From contig CM022673.1 of NCBI GenBank assembly GCA_012295275.1, positions 28,954,001-29,018,000 of the forward strand: DNA of 64,000 nucleotides, written 5' to 3'. This DNA is from Chrysomallon squamiferum. Its lineage: Eukaryota; Animalia; Mollusca. The translations under genes were made by a program, and so were the position numbers. Positions 38,424 to 51,371 of the stretch are shown piece by piece. The notes under the pieces are model-generated. The model searched no databases and was not told the origin of the DNA. It worked only from the letters and a program-made list of their open reading frames with translations. The stretch's first letter is position 1. The number at the start of each line of letters is the position of its first letter.

Positions 38424-41400
38424 GTCGGTTATTCGGTCAATAGATGTATGTGTTACACACCATTTAAAAATAAAAACTAGTTCAATTTCGGATGTCCCGA
38501 AGCGATATTTCTAGTTAGTCCATACTGAAATTAAATTTATATGATAAACCATCACACATGAAGAAAAATTATATACGTACATACATACATACATACATAC
38601 ATACACATTATATACACATATATACTAATACTAGTATGTGTAGTAATAGAAACAGACAAAAAAATACAAACATAAATGGAATTAAATATAAGCGATAGCA
38701 ACAAAATTCTCATTTTTATTTTTACTGCAGATACTGCCATGAAACCTTACAAAAAGGTATATAACAAAAGAAAAATAAAAGAAAAGAAAAAATATAAAAA
38801 ATTAAAAGGAAAGAAGGAAAAACAGAAGGCATATAGTTAAATTACGTTTCGGGATTGGTCCGAACATGAATCGGGAAGGATTTCTCTATAGGCCAAAACA
38901 AATAATGGCATAGACTGTTAATCACCGACGTTTTAATTTCCACAGTTGCGGATCAAAATAGAAGTTATCAGTTCAATGTGTGTCATCAATCACGTAAAAT
39001 TCTTGCATAAAAGTAATCATCCAGTTTTATTACGCAAATAGTCTATAAAACTTTATTCTAAGTTATGTAAATATGCACCCGCAGCTATTTCCCATCTTTC
39101 ATAAATCCGAAGTTAGTTTCAGGAGAATTATCAGTAATATTACATTTAACAAGACTTCTAATTTCCAGTCAACATTTGTAATTTATAAATTAAATTATAT
39201 GATTATATCGTTAAAATAACATCATCACCTAATCTAATTTCACTGTTATTATTATTGTGTGTGCGTGCGTGTCTGTTTATGTCTAATTTAAATGTAATGA
39301 AATATCTTTAAATATTTTTATTATGCATTTTGAAATATTTGCAACATAACATTATTATATACATACTACTAATATAGTAATAATAGATAAATAATATGAA
39401 TAAACTAATGATTTCAGTGAATTTTTAAAACCACCTGTTTCAACGTAAATTAAACGCATGATGAATCTCCATTTAGTGTATTTTCGTGTTTAATTTTTAA
39501 ATTTAATTTGACATAAATAGCAGGAACGATAGCAACATATGTAAATCAATTTCAGTCAGTTATTACTGATCATGAATATTTATTAATTTATTTACTTTAA
39601 AGAGGTGAATGACTATCCACAGTAGCATCATATCTAGAGGAGATTCGGAATTAGATGGGGTAGTGTTGAACAGAACACAGGAAACAAACGAACGTGGTCA
39701 AACGGATTAAATAATCTAATCAAGGGAGTTAACTACGTACACCTTACTGTCAGCGAAGACAAACGACCAAATTCATGTCAGAATTCAAGTTAAAAAAATT
39801 AATTAACTAAAAAAAAAAAAAAAAAAAAAACTAATTTAAAATGCATCGATTTTAAAACCATTATTGGACGTCTAGGATATTGCTATTGCTGACCCAAGTT
39901 TCCCAAGCACAGTGAGATTATAACAACAGAACAATAATTAAATTTAATTTTGAGGTTTTTTTTATCACGTTCGGCGTTGTTTTATGGGGTTACTATTTTA
40001 ATATAATTTTAGGCCTTGATACAGAAATTTATTTAATTTATTAACATTTAACATTAAATGTAAAACGGCAATGTCGTTTTGTGATGTATGTCATGGCTTA
40101 GTTTAGAAATATCTGACAAAAATTAATTAATCTCGAAATTATTTTCCAAATCATTCTCTTCTGTAGCATAGCCATTAATGTTTCCTTTTCTAATAAAGGC
40201 ATGTTTTCTTCTCTTCGCCACCTTTAAACTAATAAACCATTTTTCATTGAAACCATTTTCTTTTTCGGAAATCTAAATTTAAATAAAATAATAAAAATAA
40301 ATAATAATAATAATAATTTTTGTCTTTCTGTAAAATAACCTTTTAACAAGATTCAAACCTAGTTTTATTAATTCTGTGTCCTTTTAATAGAAACTGAATA
40401 TCTCTGTAGCTGGGATATATATTCATCATTTTCTTCTTCTTTTTTTTTTTTTTTTTTTTTTTTTTCTTTCACTAACGATCCATAAATAAATTGCACATAA
40501 ACATCCCTGCAAAATATGGCTGATAATAACGTCGTTTGTAATCTTTCCTCCTCCGCAGAAGAGTTCCAAAGGATTCCCGTGCTGCTTGTATTTCCGTTTC
40601 AACGTCTTTTCGCATTTTATAAATACGACAATTTATGTCTCTGTGGAGTATTTGCTACGATCACTTTCGACTCTTTTATTGGACAGATGAAGAAAAATCG
40701 ATGGCAGCACTTGCGAAGTATGCTGTGTTATTGGCTGTGTAGATTCAAGGCGGCTATGCTCAACAAGTGGATGTTGGTAAAGATAACGATTAACTTGCGC
40801 TGTGGTGTTTGACCGGCTCCAGTTAATGTCCGGGGTTATGTGCATTATTAGACTGGAGATTAATAATTAGAAACCGCAGGGAAATGTTGTTATTACTGTA
40901 CGTGCAAAACGAAGCACGTGGGAATAAATTTGAATTTGTAACAATAAATAAAACGAAGTTTGAATCTGTTATCATTTAAAGTATTTATATTGGTATTATA
41001 TTTCAAATGTAAGAGTAACTATATTATATATATATTTATAAACCTTTCTTCCATATGTTGTAATTATTGAAAAGTCTCTATAAATACCTTAATCAGGAAT
41101 AGCCCTATAATTATGTACTTTTTCAAAACATTTGATGTCATTCGTGTTTGCACCATTAACGAACTCATTAACTTAAGAATCGTTCATAATTACTTGTACC
41201 CCATTAATTATTTCATAACGTTTTTGTTCTCGTTAACAAAGCATGCTGGGAGTGAGGGGATTTTACATTTCTTTATGTAACAACTTTAGTAATTCAGTCT
41301 CGTTTTGTAGAACAGACAATTAATCTCTCAGTGTGACATATACGAAACACAGAAAATTACTTTGTTGACTCTGGAGTGCGTGGTATTTATATAATTACAG

Positions 41401-41669
41401 ACGAATATGCTATTGCTTCATGAATTAGTCTAGGAAAAAAAAAAAAAATTATTAAAAATTAAAATCCTTACCCTTATTTACTGAAGACTGATGTAAATAA
41501 ATGAATAATACAGTTTTCGCTAAGATCATTTTTTTTTTTTTTTTTTCTTTTTAAGTGGGTATTGAATAGAGTTTAAACGGTAAGGAATTATAAAAAGGTT
41601 CAAGGTCAATGTTGTGTTTCAGTGTATAACGCAGGGCAGAGTCGTAACGGTTCACATAATTTGTTAAAC

Positions 41670-42305
41670 TACGTACACAGAGTCCAGCGACTGGTTAATA
41701 AAAAACGTAGAATATGCTTCACTGTCTATGGGAAGGTACTTGTTACAGATCTCTTTGAAAAACGGTACTCAATCATGTCTCGATAGGAGGTTTCTTCTCT
41801 CATTGTTGGTTTTGTCGGTTGTCTCCCATTTGTTACACAGACAGTTGTAACACAGTCAGCTTAGGGATTAATTAAGCAAACTTCTATAATATTAATGAAC
41901 AGTCACTGGCTCAGTGTGGCTGATCACTTTAATATACTGATGCGTGCTGCAACGTATGCTATGTTTCATATGCACTAAATGTGATATAATAATTCATATT
42001 ATTCTTCTGTTAAATTAATTTATAATAAAGGGATGTTAATATATATTTCTATTCTTGTTTCTTAATTGTTAGTAAATATTTCTTTAATTGTTCCCTCAGG
42101 AGAGTCAATTATAGAATGCTTGGTTGGAGGTTTATGATTAGTAGTTAACTTAACCTGGGTATTGTTGATAAGGTGTGTGACAAACGGGATGTATAGTAAC
42201 TGGGAGGATACCGTTTGTACCTTAACCACAACTACGATGTCATGTAACCACGCATACACTATACATCTATTATTTTCGTCGTTAAATAAAACATTTCTTC
42301 CTTTT
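41670..42305 (+). mobile_element. SINE remnants (body fragment about 41670-41810; tail GTCGTTAAATAAAACATTTCTTCC about 42278-42301)
   Basis: Shares CTGTCTATGGGAAGGT with the 46030 copy. The same tail occurs in reverse at about 48180-48205 (GAAAGAAATGTTTTATTTAACG). Confidence 0.4.
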
Positions 42306-42715
42306 CAGAAGAAACAGATCAGCGTTGTTTGTGATTCACGATTCACAACTGGTAGTCATCGAAATGTTACGCAACGTGGACAAAGTGCCTGGTGCCAGTG
42401 TAAACTGATGGCGGGGAAACTGACGTGGCACCCAGCTGTCTTAGTCTAGTCCAATTAACCAAAGTACCACACGCTGTCCGTTTAATAACCAAACTGTGTA
42501 GAGCTGGGAACGTAAACAGACCTGAAGTAACCGCAGAAACAAAGCTAAACGATAGTTTTCGCCGTGGTTCAGTTTCAGGGCTGAAATACTGACTGATAGG
42601 GGCTAGGTTGTGGTCTTCTTATTTTTCTTGTTATATTTTCTTGTGTTATTTTTTTTATCAGTTCTGTTTAATTCATCTTCAGCTGAGGTCGAGGTAATAG
42701 TGATAATAGTAATTT

Positions 42716-42866
<151 letters not shown>

Positions 42867-42957
42867 AATGTTGATATAATGGTTTGTGAACAGTATATGG
42901 GACGATATAAAAATCTTTTGCTATGTAACTAGTCAACATTTTATTGTAATTGTGATG

Positions 42958-43104
<147 letters not shown>

Positions 43105-44573
43105 ATATACTAACTGACTTATATAACTGATGCCAGAAAAGAAAAATAGGTTTTGAGATTTTAAACTTGCCATCTAATTACCATTTCTTATAAATTGGAA
43201 ATAAAAAAAAAAAAATTATCTTTAGATATAACCATTTTTTTTTTTTTTTTTTTTTCTAATTTCTTGTTGTTTTTGGGGTTGTATTTTTTCATCTGATTTT
43301 ATTGCTGCTGCTGTTGTTTTTGTTTAAACTGAAAGAACTGTTACAGTTAGCACATTGGTACAGACCACATTGCAATGAAACTCACTAATTTGAAATTAAG
43401 ATATCACCGGCACTGTGCCAAAAAACACACCTTGATATCAAATTAACAGTTAATTTGCAAGACAGCCAAACATATTATAACTTAATTTGAATAAATAAGC
43501 ATTCGTTTTGTAACTGAAACATAACTGTGATTAATAAAATAAAAGTTTAGAACATTATAATTGTTACAATTCAATTGCGAAGGCAGAACATATCACAATC
43601 TTTGATAGAAAATTTGAGGAAAAGTCTTCAACGATTACGTGGTATGGATGTATTTAAAGCCGTTTAAAGGTAAGTTAATTATTATAATTACAGATTGATT
43701 TTAGTTGCTTTCTTATGGTTATTAGGTTGCAAAAGGACATTCAAGGAAAAAAAGAAAATAGTAAAAAGCAGTTCGAAGGCTATTCAGATATCTTAACTAT
43801 ATTTGATGAAAATAATGCAGTACATATTCAGTTTATTAACAATATTTGTTTTCTTTCTTTCTTTCTTTAATTTTTTTCTCTGTTTTATTTGTTTGTTGTT
43901 GTTGTTTGCTTATCGTTTTGTTAATAACTTAGGAACGATATAAACCAACAACCGCACATTTAGAAACTGATACGGAATATTATGAAATAATTATGGGCGT
44001 GTCTGCTAAAGAATTAGATGTGTGATTTTCCCTGATTCTTATCGAAACTTGGTGTTATGTGAACATCCTGTTGATAAAACAGTTTAACTTAATGTACAGT
44101 AACAACTGCATTAACGATGAAATTCATATTTAAACAATTATGTGCTGATCTTGTTTTAACACATTTAGAAAAATCGGAACAGCGAATTGCAGGTTTAGAA
44201 ATATGCCTAAAATACAAACAGTTTTATGTAAGTATACTAGATACCATTGCGCTTTCCTAATAATTCAGATAACTTATACATACATACATATATAAATAAA
44301 TATATATATATATATATATGTGTGTGTTATTTTCGGACGATCATTTCGTTCTTGTTCGGTAGCCCAGAAGCGGTGTGGATGATATTTTCTTTGAGAGTAT
44401 TAATTCTGGTTTCCTGCCGGGTTGGAATGTGACCTAACACTACGAGAGGAGCAAGCAGAGAACATCTCAAAGTTACGTTTGTGAATGTTATAAAACAGTG
44501 GCTGGTAAATTACAGAATAACCAAATATCGAAAGTATAATTTATATGATTTATGTATGCGTGTGTATGTACAT

Positions 44574-44627
<54 letters not shown>

Positions 44628-45039
44628 AGGTGTATATATGTATGTATGTGTATGTATGTAAGTGTGTATGTACGTATGTGTTTATTTATTTATATAATGT
44701 ACAAATTTACGTATGTATGTGTCAGTGTATGTTCTATGGACGTATAAAATCGGTATGTAATTGTTTTACACTTGCTAACAAGCAGTGATTCAGTAATTAC
44801 AGCTCTGAGTGAAAATGATTCCCACTTAATTATCTAAGCTGATCAACAGCAAATAAATATCTGCGCTGTCAACACCAGCGACTCAACAAAGACCAGAACT
44901 TCTGACGCAATTTACCCTAAATCGTTCTTTCCGCTCTGCTCCAACTGTAAACTTCTTCTTGCTGTGATGAAAGACTTGATGCGAACCATAGTGCCTCTTG
45001 TGAGTGCCTTATAACCAAATACAGCAATTTTCAAGAGGG

Positions 45040-45132
45040 TATACCCCACGCTATTAATAGCAACCATGTCAATTTCCTCTGCCACATCTCATTGAACATG
45101 GCGGAATAGCAGAATTGGCGAAAGCGATTTTG
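45040..45132 (+). promoter_or_regulatory. Candidate non-coding first exon
   Basis: YY1-like AACATGGCGG (45095-45104) followed by a consensus donor TTG|gtaagt at 45132/45133, in CpG-containing sequence. Confidence 0.35.
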
Positions 45133-46029
45133 GTAAGTAAAACAAGATAGTTTTAATCAATGTGTCTGATTTTGTTTAAAACATTTAGCTGGACGCTGTC
45201 CGAAGCGGAAACAGGTTCTTGCATGCACGATCCGAGAGAGAAAAAAAGAGTTAGTTTGAAAGTTGTTTTTACTTTTCACGAAACGTTATCGACCGAAAAT
45301 GGATGTGCTGGTGCTGTGGCATTGTTGGAGCCCTCCGCGACCTTATCGTATTACTCGCTCGCAGCACAAGAGTTTCCCCAACAACTCCGGCAGAATCCTA
45401 GAAAAACGCGTTGCGTGCTTTTGGCAGGCTTTATCACGAAATGGCAATCAGACTTGAACAAACTTCTCTCAAGTTTCACGAAAAAGAAGAACTCGTTTAA
45501 CGGAATCAGCCTAGGTCATCAGATTCTGTACCGAGATGTTTGAGATTTATTCTCGTCTCTGTTTAAATTTATTTGTGTTTTAATTTGTTTGGGTTTAATT
45601 AATTAATTATTTATTTATGTATTTATTTATTTTACATTTAATTTTCATTTCATTTCACTTTATATGAATTTAATTATTTCTTAACAGTTGTTATTTAATT
45701 CTTTATTTCATTTATAGCTCTGTCTGTCTGTTTATTTAGTTACATACGTTACTTATTTAAAAAACTATTGATAAAATAATTTTTGTATGGACTTTTAAAC
45801 TCTTTTACCCATTATTTCTCTTTGCATATTTTTATATAATTTGAGAAAAATAAGCTTACTTAAACTTGATAATGATTATATTTTTAATTGGATTGACATC
45901 ATACAATTCTTCGATAACCGTTTTTAGAGAAAACAAAATCTGTTCAAACCGGTCACCTCTTTATACACCTAATTATATAAATATAAATAATGAAAGAATG
46001 AACCAATGATTTTTTTGGTTTGTTTCATG

Positions 46030-46190
46030 TTTACCTTCCCATAGACAGAAGAGTTCAAATCACACAATCTGTGACAGTCTCTATCTGAAATGGAAAATTG
46101 AAAATGTCTACACTGGTGCAGTGAACAGAACCGATCCTTCAACTAATCACGCGCCAGTCTTACGCTCTAACCAAAGAACTAAAACCAGTT
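46030..46190 (-). mobile_element. Decayed SINE 5' part
   Basis: The reverse complement reads TAGTTCTTTGGTTAGAGCG...GGATCGGTTC...CTGTCTATGGGAAGGT. The last motif also occurs at about 41722 on the + strand. Confidence 0.4.
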
Positions 46191-47731
46191 ACCAGTGTAT
46201 TTCCTGTTTTAAAACTAACAGCCGATAATCTATTTCATCACATACAAAACCATCTCATTCAGTGGCCTAAGTAATTTAATAGTGGGGGAAAAAAAAACAA
46301 CCACAAACTTAACCAAAGGCATTTTTACATTCTGTTCAACAACTTTGTACAAACAGTGTAATTAGTCATGCATCTGTAACCACCACGCACTAATTGACAC
46401 TTCTGGAATTTACTAGGGAGCAGTTCTCTCCCTGTTATGAATCATTTCCGGTGAGCGCGTGAAACATCTGATGTGGTTAAGTGTTCATGACGTTGTTGAA
46501 GCTGCTGTAAAGATCTGCTAATCGAACAAAAACAGTTTGATTACAGAAATAAAGGGCGAGATTCAAAGCGAATAAATGAAAGATTCTTTATTAAATGATG
46601 TCTTAGTATTAGAGCTAAACGGTAAATCATTTAAGTTATTACACGCTAACGTTGTATACGTTTCATTAAAGGTTGTAAGTATTCCTGTTAATAGAAAATA
46701 TTTTCAATATATTTTTATTTTATTTTATTATAATCTGTGGCTTCGTCAATGGACAAATTTTATCATGGCTATCATTATCATTGCTATCATAGTCATGATA
46801 GTAACGTCATCAGTGCATGCGTTTTATTGTAACATTTCCACATCATCGTCATCATCATCATCATCATCATTATGAAAATAACTGTAACATTAACACGATT
46901 ATCAGAAAACAGTGATAGTTTGACTGACGAAAAATATTGATCTAGCTGATTAGTTTTGTTTCCTGTTGTAAAATATAAACAATAAATAAATAAATAAATA
47001 AATAATATTATTATTATTATTATTATTATTTTTATTAACTCAAAGGTTTATTTTGTGTGGTTTGTTTTAAACCAAACACAAAGGATGACAATTTATTTTC
47101 ACCATTTAAAAAATATTATCTCCTGAACTGTTTTGATAGAAGTTCGTGTCGTTACAGTGAAAAATCTGTTAAATAAAATTTAACTACATTGTTACAGAAG
47201 AGGCGGTTAATCACAAAAATCTTTTCAGATAAATGATTATTTAAGACTGCAGGGGTTTTTTTTTGGCTATAATTTCACTGTGTCCCGTAACGGTTAATTT
47301 CATCTTCGTCAAGTCAAAATCAAAGCAGTGCCCACTGTCGACAGAATATTATAAAAATACCAATTACCGTTTCAGTGGTTAGTTATCTGGTCATCTCCCG
47401 TGACTCATAATGTCAGACAGAGAGAAGTGTAAGGACAATTATTAAAATTACCCGCTTTTCTTAATTAGGGAATGATGAGGCCACACCAATTACAGTGTTT
47501 ATTTTTACAGAGGTCGTAATTACTTTAATCAAATTAATGCCATTATGATTCTTTGTGTGCTTTGAATATTATTGTTCTTTCATCAGATTTATAACTGGGT
47601 TTTGAGTTTCAGGGTTTATTTTTTTTATTGTTTTTCTTTTTTTATATTTTTTTCTTTTTTTATTTTTTGAAATTTTTTATATTTCTTTTTTGAAATTTTT
47701 TTTTTTTAGCCATATTTCTTTTTCTAATTTT

Positions 47732-47764
<33 letters not shown>

Positions 47765-48876
47765 CTCTTTTTTCTTATTTTTTTTATTATTTGCCCTATC
47801 GTTGAAATCGTGCCATCTGTTTGATATTCATTGGGTCGTTTTTTTAGTGTGTTTTTTTAGTGTTTTTATTTTTTTGTTTTTACGATGACGAGCACCTTAT
47901 CTACGCGTGTGTTATAGAATCTGAAACTGTTATTTTGGGATTTGCACAGTTGTAAAACGCACCAGTCGTGAACACATTAATGCATTATCGTTGTTCATTA
48001 AGATCCTATCTGCAGAAGGAAGACAGGAATCGTCTGAATGGAAATAATTATTTCATTTGAAATAATCGACTGGTCTGGTGTTATAAAACTACGAGTGCGG
48101 CGAATTTACGTGCGCTTGGTCGCCTGTAAAAGGTTATTTTCGAATATAAATTAAATGAATAGGAAAAACACAGACAGAAAAAGAAAGAAATGTTTTATTT
48201 AACGTTTCTGATCTATGGTCATGCTGTATCATACATAGTGTGCTGTATGACGTCTTCCTCCCTGTCTACCCACTTACCTACAACTCTCTCTTTTTTCTAC
48301 TCTATCTATCTGTCTGTCTATCAATTTCTCTATATGTCTGTCTGTCTGTCTATATGTATATAATTTTGCTTGTATAATTTTATATTGTAATTTGTAGTTG
48401 TGTATTTATTACAGTTTAGCAAATATCTGTCTGTTTGAACACATGGTTTACAATTACACTGTCAAGATGCTATGTCAGATGTACTGCAAAACGGCTACCA
48501 CGGTAGCGGCAGAAACACCAACAACGGCAACAACAACTCAGTTCTACTGTATAAAAGAATTGCTGAATACGACAGTTGTTACATTATGCTTCCATATCGA
48601 TGTAAAATCTGCATTTCCTTCCTGCTTGTAGCAAACCCGGACAAAAAGAGATTTCTAAATATTACACTTTCATATCAGTTTATAGTGTTTATTTCCCTAG
48701 AGCTGATATTTTTAAAATCGTAAATTTATATCTGTGTATGTAAATGTATGTGTGACAGAGAGAGTTACACAGATAAACACTGAATCAACTCGAATCCCTA
48801 CAGCTAAAGAAATTATATATTTAATAAATCTAAACCAGCGTGCTTCTTAATTATTAAGTCATATACAAGCGAACAC

Positions 48877-49018
<142 letters not shown>

Positions 49019-50201
49019 CATCTATATGCACATACATAAATTTATGCGTAGACATCTCATGGGTAATGATGCTAGTTTCTTTCTTCTCTGATTCTTTCAT
49101 GTCATGGGCTATCTTATCTTTGTCAGACACGGTAATCCTCTGAAACACGTTCCCTTTTAAACGTCAAGGCTAGATGATAAACTTTTTTTTAAACTGCAGT
49201 TTCAAATGTATTTTCTTTGAAAGTTGAATGTATTGCAGATTCCAGTCACTTACTTGTCGAGAAGAAAAAAAAGTAAAATAGATGACTTAAGCTGCTTTAC
49301 CAGGGACGTACATAATAATTTAATTAACTGCCATCATGAATAGACTTTAGTAATATTCATAATAATGAAGACAGAATCCATAATACAGTTTTTGAAGTAA
49401 TACCGAACAAAACTGATTCCTGAATACAACTTTATGTCGAAATAAATACAGTATCGTAAAATCAGTATGTCTTTGATTTAACTCCTTGATCAGTATGATA
49501 TTAAAAGTATGATATTATTAATAAAAGCACCGTTTTCTTTCACGTTTTTGATACAGCTATTGACTCCATATAATAACAGAAATGACTAACAACACTGCCC
49601 ATGAATATGATCTAAATACAAGCAAGATTTCGCGTTAATAACTAGATATACTATCCGTGAGATCGAATAATACAAGCACTGCTTTGAACAGTAGGTCTAC
49701 TATTAACAAGCATGAATGAAATTTCCTGTGCCTGTGATATAATATAATATATGAAAAAAAAAAAAAAAAAAAGAAGATTTCTACATACTAAGCATGTTTG
49801 ATTTGAAATCTAATTCAGAGGTGTAAAAGGATACTGGAACTCCGGGAAGCCTGCAGGTTGGGAAGCTGTTGTTTCAGGAACTGGACACTTTAACTAGGCC
49901 AGGAAAACAACCTGATTTCAAATACAAAGCGCAGCTGAGTTAATGTTATAGCTAAGATCTTTATTTCCGTCTGGTAGTTGTTGGGTGTTTTTTTTCATAG
50001 TTTCATCCCAGATGACCTGCTATAAAGTAGCGCAATAAAAATATTTTTACTCTGTTCTAAAAGAAAAAAAGAAAAGAAGTAAAAAGCACATGTCGCAAGC
50101 TCTTACGTTTGTTCGATTTCCAAAGTGCGGTTGTACTGAAACACAATTTTTCTTTCTTTTCTTTCCTCTTTGTTCTTTGAAAAAAAAAGGCTTTGTGTTC
50201 C

Positions 50202-50238
<37 letters not shown>

Positions 50239-50747
50239 CAAGACCTTATTAATCACAATTTAGTATGATTACTCATGTGTTAGTTTATAATATTATGGTT
50301 GTTTCAACAGGCGTCGGCAAACATAAACACATAATGTTTGTTAATTTTTTCTCCTTTATTGATGTAATTCTAATCAAGACAACATAAAACGTCACTGAAT
50401 GGTTATAACGAGGATAAATATGTTAGCGCAGACAAAGATATACAGTGGTATTGATCCTGCTGCCAAATAATTCCTGTTATGAATACTCATAATATTGATT
50501 CTTCATTTCTCTAAGAGACTCGCGATGCGTTTTGATTGGAAACAGAACTGAGACGCCCGCATCTTCTTCACTTCGTCGTAGATTTTCATTTCACAACACA
50601 GAAATACACAGACTGTCAAAACATTCGATACGTAATGTGTCTTGACTGTTTGTTTGTTTATTTATTTGCTTCATTTATCAGTTACTTCTACTGCTGCTAG
50701 TACTGTTACTACTACTACTACTACTGCTTACTACGACTATTACTTAC

Positions 50748-50786
<39 letters not shown>

Positions 50787-50827
50787 CATCAAATTTGTAC
50801 GTTTTATGAAAGCCATAAATCATAGGC

Positions 50828-51121
50828 CAGTGGTGGCCAAACTACGGCCCGCGGGCCGCATCCGGCCCCCAGTCCTGTTTCATCCGGCCCGCCAAACACC
50901 TTGCCTTGTTTTTTTCCAAGCACCATATTTACCACTGTGAACAAGCAGTGCAACAGCGCTGGCTGCTACTAGAACAGTGGTGGCCAAACTACGGCCCGCG
51001 GGCCGCATCCGGCCCCCAGTCCTGTTTCATCCGGCCCGCCAAACACCTTGCCTTGTTTTTTTCCAAGCACCATATTTACCACTGTGAACAAGCAGTGCAA
51101 CAGCGCTGGCTGCTACTAGAA
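50828..51121 (+). repeat. Tandem duplication (2 x 147 bp) of the hAT left end, including the TIR
   Basis: 50828-50974 and 50975-51121 appear identical, and both start with CAGTGGTGGCCAAACT. Confidence 0.95.
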
Positions 51122-51371
51122 GTAGCTTGTGGCAAGCGTTGTTATTTTTAGAACAGTCTGCCAACCATGACGTAAGTAGCTAACATAGCCTGTATGTGCT
51201 CTTTTTCACATCCCTTTGGCCTACTAGCCTACTTTGTAAGAAATCAGGAAGTTAATTGTTCCAGCTTTGACTTTCAGTATTTTACTGAGCATGTAAGAGA
51301 CAATACGCACATTGGATTTTCTTCTCAGAAGCAGCAATAATTTTATTTTTTTCTCTACCTTATCAGTTAAA

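Noticed and set aside
45160-45543. 127-aa plus-strand ORF
   Set aside because: There is no recognisable domain, and it begins just after a strong donor, so it is probably intronic.
50906-51151. 81-aa ORF with an internal repeat
   Set aside because: It results from the 147-bp (49-codon) duplication of the hAT left end.
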